From Torpedo marmorata (Eukaryota), in the NCBI GenBank assembly GCA_977017645.1, contig OZ360222.1:208196001-208260000 (forward strand): a DNA stretch of 64,000 bases, written 5' to 3'. The notes under the pieces were generated by a model. It saw nothing but the letters and a program-made list of their open reading frames with translations. It did not search any database and was not told the origin of the DNA. How positions within the stretch are numbered: position 1 is the first letter of the stretch; every line of letters starts with the position of its first letter. Made by a program: the position numbers and the translations under genes. Of this stretch, positions 1 through 11,149 are shown piece by piece.

Positions 1-80
1 ATTCCAAATACATGTGATATATTTCCCCCCCCTCCCACCCTCCCCTCCCCAACCCCCCAGCACTATTCTAAAAAAAAATA

Positions 81-2351
81 TTAGTTATAAAGAAAAAAAA
101 AAGAAAAGAATTGAATAATAAAGAAGTAAAGAATTAAAGTGAGGAGAAAAACATTGTTTACTGTTGTTTCCTTTGTTTCTGTTTGCTCCTTTTCCAATTC
201 CTTGTTTCTGTTATGGATATGCAAAATTCTAGGATGTTTCAAATTGCATACGTTACAATTAATTCGCTTCTCACAGTTTTTACTGATGTGCCCTTTACAC
301 AGACAGCTGAAACATATTCCATTTTCCTTTAAGAAAGCGATCTTCTCCTTATGTTCCTTCTTTTCCAATCGTAAACACATTTCCAAAGCATGTCCACCTT
401 TACAGAACAAACAACTCTTTTCATCAGGCAAACTTTCCTTTTCCTTATTTACTTTGTCCTTTTCTTTATTTATAACTGATACATTAGTAGCAAAAGTACT
501 CCTTTTCAATTTCGGACTAGGCTGTGAGTTAGACCTCCTTACATCTTTGCCCATTGAATTATCTCTGGTATTTCCATATAGTGGATCTGTTTCAACGTAC
601 ACCTGTTGTTCAAGAAAATTTACCAAATCCTTTAAGGTAGCTTTTCGACCGTAATTTACTTGTAAATCACAAGCCAAATTTCTCCACCTATTCCATAACT
701 TGTAAGGTAATATTTCTAAGATGATTCGCATATTACTATGCACTTCAAGCTCACGAATATTATCGATATCTTCCATAGCATTACAACATCCTCTTAAAAA
801 TAGAGTATATTCTTGCAGAGCCTTTACATCATTTTGTTTTATTGATGTCCATTTAAGAGCTTTATCTATATAAGCTAAAGCAATTCGATGCTTGTTGCCA
901 AAATGTTGTTCCAGTAAAGCCTTAGCTGTGTCTAATCCTCTTTCTGATGACATTTGTTGAAAACTCTTTACCAGTTCTTTTTGATGTCCCTTTGTGAACA
1001 TTTCCAAATAATAAAGACATTCATCACGATCTTGACATTTATTTTCAATATTGCGTTTGAAAGATTTCATAAATGATTGATACTGAAGTGGATCACCATC
1101 AAAAGTTTGTATCTCTTTCTTGGGTAAAGAAGAGAGAGACTGTAACTGAATCAATGATGTAGCAATTTCATTTTGTCTTCCCTTGGATGACAATACATTG
1201 CTCTGTTCACCATCTCTTGTTGCAGGTAATGTATCTGGAAACCTCACTGGTGTAGTTTCTTCCATATTTCTGATGCTTGACTCAAATAACAAAGAAGCTG
1301 CTTCGTTCGACCGAACCCAAGCCGCAGCTTTGCTTTCAGATGTTACCACTGGTACATGTGACTCAATACCAATATGCTCTTGAAAGGTTTGTCCTTGTAT
1401 ATGCAAGTTTTGTATCCTTGGTTCTAAAATATCTATCCTTTTGGTTGGTTTCTTTTCCTGTGACTCCTTTTTTAAATATGACCTTTTATTATCAGACACT
1501 TTCGATAATTTACTTCTAGCACCAGATATCATTGAGCCTTCTATTGCTTTCTTTTCTGCCTTGGCAATAGCAATGTTTGCTTCCAGCTCCTGCTGTTCTT
1601 TTCTCTGCCTTAGCTGCTCCTTCTCTTGTCTTAGCTGCTCCTTTAGCTGCTTCTCATTTTGTCTTAGCTGCTCCTCCTCTTGTCTTAGCTGCTCCTTTAG
1701 CTGCTTCTCATTTTGTCTTAGCTGCTCCTTTAGCTGCTCCTCCTTTTGTCTTAGCTTCTCCTTTAGCTGCTCCTCCTTTTGTCTTAGCTGCTCCTCCTCT
1801 TGTACTAAAATATATTTATCCTTAAGCGTTTTTAGTTGTGCAAGAAGAGCGGCCAATTTAACATCAATCTTTGTACGTGACGATGCAGAACTTGAAGTAT
1901 GAGAAACTTTGGAGCTAAAACCAGAACTTCTTTTGCTTCTGCTTTCAGCATTTGAGACACTGTCACTTGCTTGTATTTCGTCCTGCAGTTCATATGTTGT
2001 CTTCATACTTACCTCTTTATCCAATTCGAATTGTATATCCTTTGCATCTTCAACCTCTTCAATTTCTTCATCATTTTCTTCATCCTCTTCATTTGGTGAC
2101 ACAATTTCAGCCATTTCCACGTTATCTTCTTGTTCATCTAATGAAGCTGCCTCTTCATCCTTTGCCAGCTTCAATCTTGCGATGAGAACCTTTTTATTTC
2201 CACTTATGTCCTTTTTCAGTCACTTCAATTCTTCTTTAATATCCGCAACCTTCATGTCTTCAATACGTTGGTCCTCAATAGCAACATCAGCGGTTGCTGC
2301 GTCAGCTGCTGATACATCAGTGGCTGCTGTATCAGAGGCTGCTGCGGCCAT
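81..2351 (-). pseudogene. BEL/Pao retrotransposon gag with an N-terminal SAP-like domain; one in-frame TGA (2220-2222); 3'-truncated, no pol
   Basis: ORFs 2220..2438 and 81..2174 share a frame. Read from ATG 2351 through the TGA: MAAAASDT...IEDMKVADIKEELK*LKKDISGNKKVLIARLKLAKDEE. This is followed by an acidic tract, a coiled coil, a Pao-gag (DUF1759-like) motif LPKKEIQTFDGDPLQYQSF and the triple Zn knuckle CLFCKGGH..C / CFSCLCKGH..C / CNVCNLKH typical of BEL/Pao Gag. The frame runs into T-rich non-element sequence at about 140. Confidence 0.8.
1600..1803 (-). repeat. Tandem coding repeat (21/33-nt units) encoding an (E/K)EQL(K/R)Q coiled coil inside gag
   Basis: Recurrent ttagctgctcct units; the protein reads EEEQLRQKEEQLKEKLRQ... 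Confidence 0.85.
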
Positions 2352-2805
2352 TTTACTCGTCTTGTTCCACTGTCCTTCAAGCATACACAACACTAGCCAA
2401 ATCAACAGTCCCCAATGGACCAGCGGCAGCAATTCCAATCTGTGTTCTTACTTGCCAAAGATACACAGGAGTCCACAGACTTATGCCTACCACTTCAAAT
2501 GACTGTAATGTGCTGCTATTCACAAACGAGTTTCAACCACAACATCCGTCAATAATATAGCTGATTTTCCAAAAATGGTTTCTCCAACGTATTTATAGTA
2601 CACTTTACTATAAGATTTGAAGCTTTAAATCCCTCTCTGGCTGTTGCTCATGGCAGATGGATGTGGATTACAAACTGCCCCCAACTCGAGGCATCTCCAA
2701 GATGGCCGCCATTTTATTTAAAAAATCAGTCCAAAGCACAGAGAGATTATTCTATCTTCTTTCCTTCAATTTTCTGTTCCAAACATCTACTTTTATTGAC
2801 TATAT

Positions 2806-3405
2806 TATGGTGACTTCGATCCAACAATAGTCACCTGGAGGCTAAGTGAGATACTTGTCTTTGACGCGTTTCAATTAATTTACCAACAAAGTCCCATATG
2901 TTCAAAAACTTTATTTACACACGTGACTTGCAGTAATCTTCAATGACTTAATATAAACAGTTCTTGAAAACGATGTATAATGAGTTCCTTTAAATGATTC
3001 CTTTGACTGTAGTTAGATGTTCAATTAAACGACTTTAAACCACAAAGTAACTAGTTAAGTTCAATGAAACAATGTATGAAACGTTCTATGAAACGGTCAA
3101 TAAAAGATATGGCGATCTCACTCACCCTCCTACGTCGCCATCTTTTTCCTATTCTTTCCGATTCGCGCATGCTCCATCGCTCCTATTTCACTGCGCACGC
3201 TCCACCGCGCACACTACATCTCCCACACTACACCGCGCACAATGACGTCAATTCCAGACTGCGCATGCGCCCGTCGGCACTCCAGCGCATGCGCAGAGAA
3301 CTAAATAGGCCGAGGACTGCCTACAGACACCGCGACTCCTCCATAACACGTCGAGGCATCGGAGCACCGCAACCAAGGTAAGTAATTAAGCCTACGGCTC
3401 TTACA
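2806..3405 (-). mobile_element. 5' LTR of the BEL/Pao element
   Basis: On the minus strand it starts TGTAAGAGCC (3405), carries AATAAA near 2910 and lies upstream of gag. It aligns end to end with the solo LTR at 4974-5555. The 2806 end is uncertain by about 3 nt. Confidence 0.8.
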
Positions 3406-3730
3406 GATGGCGACGGAGGAGGGTGAGTGAGATCGCCATATCTTTTATTGACCGTTTCATTGATGGTTTAAAGTCTTTAAAGTCATTTCATTGAACATTT
3501 AAATACAGTCAAAAGAATCGTTTAAAGGAATATATTAAACATCGTTATCAAGAACTGTTTATATTTTGTTTAAAGAAGATATTAATGTCATTGAAGATTG
3601 CTGCAAGTCACGTGTGTAAATAAAGTTTTTTGAACCTAATGGACTTGTTAGTAAATTAATTGAAACGTGTCAAAAACAAATATCTCACCTAGCCTCCAAG
3701 TGACTATTTGTTGGATTGACGTCACAATAG
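3406..3730 (+). mobile_element. Partial LTR of the same BEL family in the opposite orientation
   Basis: 3406-3460 (gatggcgacggaggagggtgagtgagatcgccatatcttttattgacc) is the near reverse complement of about 3094-3142, and similarity continues to the LTR end (gtcacaata, about 3729). Confidence 0.8.
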
Positions 3731-3732
3731 TA

Positions 3733-4177
3733 TGGCTGGAGAGTGCCCAGATGGAAGATAAGGTGTTGTTCCTCCAATCTGCGGGTGGTCAGGGTGGGAT
3801 GGTGCAAAAGGCCATGGACAGACATGTGAGTGTGGGAGTGTGACTCAGAATTGAAATGGTTGGCTACTAGGAGGTTGCTGTGGTTGCGGATGGAGAGGAG
3901 GTGCTCAGCGAAGCGATCTCCCAATCTGCGACCGGTCTCTCCGATGTAGAGAACGCCACAAAGGGAGCACTGGATGCAGTAAATAAATCCTGTGGATATA
4001 CAAGTGAAGTGTTGCTTCACTTGAAAGGCCTGTTTGGGGCTCCGGACCGTGGTGAGGGAGGAGGCGTGGGCGCAAGTGTTACACCTCCTGCGGCCACCGG
4101 GGAAGGTGCCGGGGAGGCGATAGGTGGGGAGGGATGAGTGCACGAGGGAATCACGGAGGGAGCGGTCCCTGCGGAAT
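3733..4177 (-). mobile_element. Penelope-like element fragment (GIY-YIG endonuclease)
   Basis: ORF 3685..4143 contains FTCISTGFIYCIQCSLCGVLYIGETGRRLGDRFAEH...VANHF, a GIY-YIG nuclease of Penelope type. Confidence 0.9.
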
Positions 4178-4289
4178 TCATGACTTCTTGACTGCCTCTG
4201 GTGGTATAATGCTGGCCTTGTTTCCAGGTTACTGGAACTAGATCACTGTCCACTCTCACTTATGTTCTGCCATGTTAATGGTGCAGTGA

Positions 4290-4720
4290 AATGCAAACAA
4301 AAAGTGTGGATGCTGAAATCTGAAATTTACAAAAAGAGAATGTTGGAAATACCCAGTAGTTCAAGTCAACATCTACAGAGAGAGGAACGGAGTTAATATT
4401 TCATTTTGATCTGAGATCTTTTATCTGAGTTTTGAGGTAACTGAGATGATAAACAGGAAACTCTGGAAACACTCAGCAGGTCAGACATGTCAGTGGAAAG
4501 AGAAACAGAATTAACGTTTCAGATCCGAGACCCTTCATCGGAATCGTTTCACTTTGTGCTGATGCTGTCTGATCTGTTGAGCAGGATTTTCTGTTTCTTT
4601 TTCAGAATTTCAGCAGCTGGAATTTCTTCTTTAATTTTCATTTTAGGTTAGCTCTGCTTCTTGCCACCTGCTTACTCCATCACCTGCTGAGTATCTTCAC
4701 TATTTTCATTTTTTGGCTAA
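4290..4720. repeat. Nested fold-back remnants of Penelope-type terminal repeats
   Basis: Arms ...actcagcaggtcagac... and ...gctgtctgatctgttgagc... flank an HHR-like centre (aacgtttcagatccgagacccttcatcgg). Confidence 0.55.
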
Positions 4721-4973
4721 AATCGTGCTGGTTTTGTTGATAACAGCTCTGCTTTAGTTGAAAGTGTATCATTCTGAATCTACGGAGACCCCATTGCCTC
4801 TTCATTCTTAGTAAGTTTTGTGGAAAAGATGTAGTTTATTTATTTTTTTATTTCTCTAGGTACCACTTGACATTTCAATTTACTACATTAATATTATTCT
4901 GCTGTTGTTCACCTGTTTACAGATCATGCCCAAGGTCATTCTGAAGTTCCTGAGTTGCCTTTTTCATACCCAT

Positions 4974-5555
4974 TATAGTGACTTCAATCCAACAAATAGT
5001 CACTTGGAGGCTAGGTGAGATATCTGTTCATGACGCGTTTCAATTAATTTACTAACAAGTCCAATAGGTTCAAAAACTTTACACACGATGACTTGTAACA
5101 ATCTTCAATGACTTAACTATCTTCTTTAATGAAATATAAACAATTCTTGATAACAATGCTTAACAACGATTCTTTAAAACGTCTTTAAACTTCCTTTAAA
5201 ACGATTCTTTATAAATTCCTTTAAACGTTCCTTTAAACGATTCTTTCCAACGCTCCTTTAAACGGTCAATGAAAGCTATGGCAATCTCACTCACCCTCCT
5301 CTAGGTCGTCATATTCTTATAATACTTCTTCTCCTGATTAACGCGCATGCTCCACCGCGCATACTCCACCCACTTCCACATTGCGTATGCTCCAGCCACT
5401 TACCCACTGCGCATGCGCCCGTTGGAACTCCCGTGCATGTGCAGAGTACTCAATATGCCAAGCATGGCCTACTAATCTCCGTGAGTCCTCCAAAACCCGC
5501 TGGGCCCATTGGAATGCCGCGATTAAGGTAAGACACCAAATCTATGGCTCTTACA
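4974..5555 (-). mobile_element. BEL/Pao solo LTR with 5-bp TSD CCCAT
   Basis: Homologous to 2806-3405. Flanked by CCCAT at 4969-4973 and 5556-5560. The empty site (catacccatgttctggcagg) survives in the duplicated copy at about 6512-6531. Confidence 0.9.
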
Positions 5556-5804
5556 CCCATGTTCTGGCAGGTTTGTGTTGTCTGCAAAGTTGATCATTTC
5601 CTGCAAAATCTTCAAATGCCTGGAAGCACCTCACTCAAACTTAACGTCCATTCTGATTTGTCACTTTTTTAAAAAAAATCCTATCAATTCTTATGGATAT
5701 CTCTGAGTTCCACCCTCGCACCTCAATCCAGCTTTGAGTTAATAATTTTACAGTGTTTCCTGTGAAACTTCAGTCAAGATTTGGGTGGCCGCTTCCTAGA
5801 TGGT

Positions 5805-6473
5805 TGTGTTGGGAAGAGTATCAGGTTCGGTGGGTTCACAGAGAGACGAGTCTGGACACAAGTGTTACAATCACACGTAACTTTAATTAACACATGGGAG
5901 ACAAGCAGGGGAGAACGTTAAACGGTACTCGATTACTATTTCACTTAAGCAACGATATAGACATTCACCTTGAGCTAGGTTGGACTCCGACAATAGTGAA
6001 CCTATACTCGTCACGCTCACACACTTGAGTACAAACACTACAAACAGGGACTCTTACACACACGTGGTTCCCGGTACCAATGGGGGTGCGGCTCTCTGCA
6101 AATATTGATCTATTGCAATACTACGGCTCAGCTTCAGTGTAGTGCACACCTTACCCGCGACACTTCCAGCGATGTCCACAGTAGCGACCTGGCGTGGAGC
6201 GGTGTCCGGGATTTTGACCATGAGGCAGAGAGAAAGAATGGGCTATGCATCAATGTTATATACAGAGCTAATCTGTGCTTCTAGCCAAATATGACCCGAG
6301 GTGATTTAAATTAGCCAACGGCAAGGTGTGCACTAATGGGTGGCCAGAGTCCAACCTTGATTGACAGGTGATGTGACTTCCGAATAAGTTTCAGACGGGG
6401 AGGACACGTGACCACCCGCAATACACACATTCCAGTCAGGCAGGGAGGCCACGTTTCCTCCACACACAACACA
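5805..6473 (-). mobile_element. Solo LTR (probably Gypsy-type), 669 bp
   Basis: Termini TGTGTTG...CAACACA (7-bp inverted repeat, TG...CA rule). ATTAAA on the minus strand near 5882-5887. No coding sequence. Confidence 0.7.
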
Positions 6474-6837
6474 GGCCCAAGGTCATTCTGAAGTTTCTGA
6501 GTTGCCTTTTTCATACCCATGTTCTGGCAGGTTTGTGTTGTCTGCAGAGTTGATCATTTCCTGCAAAATCTCCAAATGCCTGGAAGTACCTCACTCAAAC
6601 TTAACAAGTCCATTCTGATTTGTCTCTTTCTTTTAAAAAAATCCCATCAAATCTTAAGGATATGTCTGAGTTCCACCCACACACCTCAATCCAGCTTTGA
6701 GTTAATAATTTTACAGTGTTTCCTATGAAACGTCAGTCAAGATTTTGGTGGCCGCTTCCTAGATGGAGGAGGATAACCAGGATCTTCCCCTGGTTGTTGG
6801 CATTGACTGAGTTATTGTTGTACAGCTTTTCAAATAT

Positions 6838-7130
6838 ACGGTACAGCCTTTTGGCCCACAATGTCCGCAACAAATATATGTCAAATTAAACTAAATCTCC
6901 TGCCTGCACATGATCCATACCCTGCAATGCCTCCATATTCATGTATCTATTGAAAAGCCTCTCAAACGCTATTATTGCATCTGCTTCCCTCATTGGCAGC
7001 CTGTTATTGGCATCTACCACTCTCTGTGTAAATGACCTTCCTTTGCACATCTCCTTTAAAATTGGCCCTCTCATCTTAAAGACATGCCCTCAAGTATTTA
7101 ACATTTTTACCCCAGGAAAAAGATTCTGAT
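6838..7130 (-). mobile_element. CR1-type LINE 3' fragment
   Basis: Degenerate CR1 ORF2 C-terminus (FTQRVVDANNRLP...AFERLFNRYM) plus 3'UTR. Confidence 0.75.
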
Positions 7131-7364
7131 TGTAAATATACTTTAATTAATTCTATTGTGTTAAATGAAATGCTGTTACTCGATTCCAATTGTCAGTGCT
7201 GTTTGTCATAATTTTGAGAACTTATGCACATCAGCCTGTTTACAAAATGCTGGGGTTCTTCCTGACCCCCAGTCTATGTTCATTGACATTCAGATAATGA
7301 TAGTCAGTGCCTTACTAATTTCCTCCCTGGTCTCGCAGCACTCTGGGATAAATACAATCCATCC

Positions 7365-7600
7365 CTGGTGGTTTGAAGGAAGGGTGTTTTTTTTACACAG
7401 AGAACGGTTGATATCCACTGTCAGAGGAGATGGCGGAGCAGATACAATCACTAAGTTCAAGAGATATTTAGACAGGCACTTAAAAGACAAGACATAGAAA
7501 GATGTGGCCTTAATGTGGATGAATGATGTTGGGCAAAAATGTTTGCACAATGTGGTGGGCCAAATGGCCTGTTTCCATGCTGTTCAACTCGATGACTCTT
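7365..7600 (+). mobile_element. CR1-type LINE 3' fragment
   Basis: ttttttacacagaga...gcagatacaatcactaagttcaagagatatttagacaggcac...gggccaaatggcctgtttccatgctgt, the typical CR1 3' end. Confidence 0.75.
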
Positions 7601-7764
7601 AAGAAACACAGAAAACTGCAGCTGTTGGAATCTATGGCCAAACAGAATCTTCTGGAAGAACCCAGCTGGTCTAGCAGCATCAGTGGGAGAAAAAAAGTGG
7701 TTGACATTTCGAGCCATAACCCTTTATTGAGACTGGTAGAAAAATATTTCCCCTTGTCTTCACC

Positions 7765-8680
7765 TCCCACCCCACCAGCCCCTGTATCCAACATATTATC
7801 CTCCCAATTTCCGCCACCTGCAACACGATCCCACCATCAGATGCATCTTCCCCTCTCTGCTTTCTGCAGGGTCCGACCGGTCCCTCTGGCATTCTCTCGT
7901 CCGCTCATGCTTTCCCACTAATTGCCCCATCGGTACCCTATGACCGCAAGATATGCTACACTTGCACCCACACCTCCTCCCTCACCACCATTTGGGGCCT
8001 CAAACAGTCCTTCCAAGTGAAGCAACACTGTGATCATCTACTTCATCTGGTGCTCCAGTTGAGGCCTCCTTGGAGAGACTGGACGCAGACTGGGAGACCG
8101 TTTCATTGAGCACCTTCGCTCTGAGTGCCCAATGGCCAACATTTTAATTCCACACACCATTCCCACACCGCCATGTCTATCCATGGCCTCATGCACTGCC
8201 AAACCAAGGCTGCCTTCAAATTGGAGAAGCAACACTTATTATTTCATCTGAGCACTCTCCAACCAGATGGTATTAACATCAACCTCCAGTTTCCATTAAA
8301 CCCCTCCCCTGGGTCTCTCTTTTTCTGATTCCTTTCCTGCAGCTCCCCACCCCTTCCCTCTCCATTCAGAGAGCTACCCCCTCCCCTATCACTTCTCAGC
8401 TTTTTTTTCTTCTATCCTACCACTCATATCCACCTATGACATCTTATCTGTTAGCCCCTGCTCTTCCCCCTGCCCATTCTTCCCTTCTCTCCTCTCTTCC
8501 CCTCCCCCACTTTTTTATTCAGGCACTGTCTGCTTTTTGCTCATACCTTGATGAAGGGCTCAGGCCCGAATCGTTGGTTATCCTTCACCTCCTATAGATG
8601 CTGTGTGACCTGTTGAGTTTCTCCAGCACTTTTGTGTATTGCACTGCAATCCCTGCGTCTGCAGACTTTCTTGTTTAAAA
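7765..8680 (+). mobile_element. Degenerate Penelope-like 3' fragment with terminal HHR-like motif
   Basis: Translates in pieces to HFNSTHHSHTAMSIHGLMHC...KLEKQHLLFHLSTLQPDGINI. Pyrimidine-rich 3'UTR; HHR-like motif at 8542-8581. Confidence 0.8.
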
Positions 8681-9292
8681 CCATTCTTTTTCTCCCGCTG
8701 ATGCTGCTTCACCCGTTGGTTCCTCTATGACTCTTAAACTCAACCTTGCCTCTTGCAATCCATGGATTCTGCATGACCTGCGGAGTTCCTCCAGCACTTT
8801 TGTGTATTGTTTCTGTTCTCCAGCATCTGCACACTTGTTTAACTCTTTTAACCTGATTTGTTAATCAAGTGATGATGAATTAATATGGGCTCTGTTAAAG
8901 GGTAAATATTTTTATCCTGATTTTCAGAATACTGGTGACCTGCAGCAGATCCAGGGTGACAGACTACGCCATGACATTGGGATGTTGGTATCACCCGTTG
9001 CCCAAACAAGAGATACCCGAGTACATTCATGCCCGTACAAGTAAAGCTGAAGCACGTTTCACACCTTAACCTTCTTGGTGGCAGGCTGCATCCATTTTTT
9101 CACTTTCATGTTTTAAAACACCGATCGCCAAATCTTTATGTGGACTATTCCAACCAAAGCCACGAGATGGCAATATTAACGTGTGCAAGGCTTCACATTC
9201 GTGTTCGAACCACAAACACCAGCACTTTGTGTGTGTGAGAGAGGGGGCGGGTAAGGGAAAGAAAACGGCGCCTCTGTTTAGGAACAGATATA

Positions 9293-9293
9293 C

Positions 9294-9325
<32 letters not shown>
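9293..9325. repeat. (TG)n/(TA)n microsatellite
   Basis: tgtgtgtatatatatatatatatatatata. Confidence 0.9.
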
Positions 9326-11149
9326 GTTCTATAATTGCCTCCCGGATAAATACGCACAGCAATATACATATGTTTATCATTCTTACATTTCCCAAACTAT
9401 ATCCTCGAGTTGGTACATCAGTAGTAAATGAAAGCCTGAGAATGAATGGGAATTAAAGAATTCTGATCGATAGGAAAGAATTGCAGTTAAACTTCTCAGA
9501 ATTGAAGAGCTGCTTTACAATTAATATTTTAAATTTAAAAAAAAAACATCACTTCTGCGATTTATATCTGACAAAGGACGGAGTTCACCTGCGATCCAGG
9601 TGAACACTCCGGCTGTTTATTTTAGTGTTGATTTCATAATATATTTATGTATAAATATTATTCATAACAAATATTTATATACTATCGGTCGCAGATAAGT
9701 ATTTAAACCATGCAAATCTTTATTAAAATTTGAGCACTAAATAAATAAAATGGGTTTATTATTGATGTCTTTGGGAAGGTTTTTATTCTGGTCTATTTCA
9801 CTCTACTTGATCACAATGTAAATTCGTTGAAATCTCTCCCAGCCTGTCACATCCTAACTAATAATTTCAGTGTCGAAGTTCATTTTGACGCTGTTACTCA
9901 ATACCTAAAAACATCACCACGCGGATGGCCCACATGAAAACTAATTACACAGAATCAATATTTAATCACTGGCTTCAGCTCCTTGGATTCCGTAACAGCC
10001 AGCGCACAGATTCTTTTAAAAAATCTACTGCAATACATTAGTGTCCCCCCCGTCCCCCCACTCCGCCTCACGTATTCGTCAGCTCGGGTCATTGTAACTT
10101 CACCTTCTCCAAACTTTTTTTAAAAAATAAAATATCAGTGTGGTTTGGCAACCGAGGAGAAATTGACCTGAAATTAACACGTATTGTGGAGAATTAATTG
10201 TATTTGCCTAAACATAAACGGAGCAGGTCTGGGAGTATTTAAATTCGTGGCTATTTAATTTTATTTTATTAATAGCTGGAATTATTGAATTGCAGCTGAT
10301 TCCTTTGGCGGTAATACCCTTAGTGCGTGCGATCCTCCATTCCCCATGAAGCTGCTCCCTGGGTCCCTGAGAAGGATCGGGTTGCGGTGAGCAAGAGGAG
10401 CCCTTTGCCTTGTGTCTCATCGTGGGATGAATTTCAAGCCTCCGCCACTCCGCGCTCAGATCACATAAAGGTTTAAACATTTTAACTAGAGGTTATTGGC
10501 ATAAATATTTCATAAAGTGAGGAGGAGATATTAAATTGCACTATTGATTTTAGCATCACAACAGAATTGCATTCGTTAGCCCCCGAAGACTAATTGGGTT
10601 GTTTAAGGAGGCATTGCTGATGTTGGAATATATTTTTAATTAATGGGGGTTTTGTTTCGTGAACACCAGAGTTCATCAAATGAGTAAAAAGTCGGGGGAA
10701 GCATGTAATAACGATTAAACTGAGAGAGTAAGTACTCTGAATGGATACTGGACCCCCTTCTCCCCCACCTCTCTCTCTCTCTCTCTCGGGAACATCTTTA
10801 TTAATTCCTCGGTAAGAGTTTCACAGCATTAACGCGCAACGATGATTTAATTCCCGGTTTTACATGGGAAACGCGACAGACACATATAATTCCGGCTTTT
10901 GTGTTGTAAATAGGGGTGAAATTGTCCGGTAAAATCTCAGACACAACAAGCACCCTTTTCCTTTTTTTTCGAAGTAATCTTTAACTTTTTTCACCAACAG
11001 ATTTTTTTTAAAATGTATAACTTAACGGGTCCAAACATTGTCCAACCTGACTGCGGTGGCAAAATATTGTTCCAAATACAGTTGATATATATAGGCATCG
11101 ATAAACCCTTGCTGATCAGTTTGATTCGAAATCTTGATCCCATGTTACC

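Larger units (their letters stand above)
4928..6766 (+). repeat. ~290-bp direct duplication: copy A 4928-5803 (interrupted by the BEL solo LTR), copy B 6475-6766
   Basis: gcccaaggtcattctgaagtt...gccgcttcctagatgg is present twice with few differences. Confidence 0.9.

Noticed and set aside
1600-1803. Regularly spaced repeats superficially like a CRISPR array (also 25446-25730)
   Set aside because: No unique spacers, no cas genes and a eukaryotic context; these are tandem coding or minisatellite repeats.
81-2174. Domesticated host gene derived from gag
   Set aside because: It retains an adjacent LTR with sibling LTRs nearby, has an in-frame stop and ends abruptly in low-complexity sequence. 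A decayed transposon copy is more parsimonious.
139-2502. Plus-strand Ser/Cys/Phe-rich and LAAPP-repeat ORFs
   Set aside because: Antisense shadows of the Glu/Lys/Gln-rich gag repeat.
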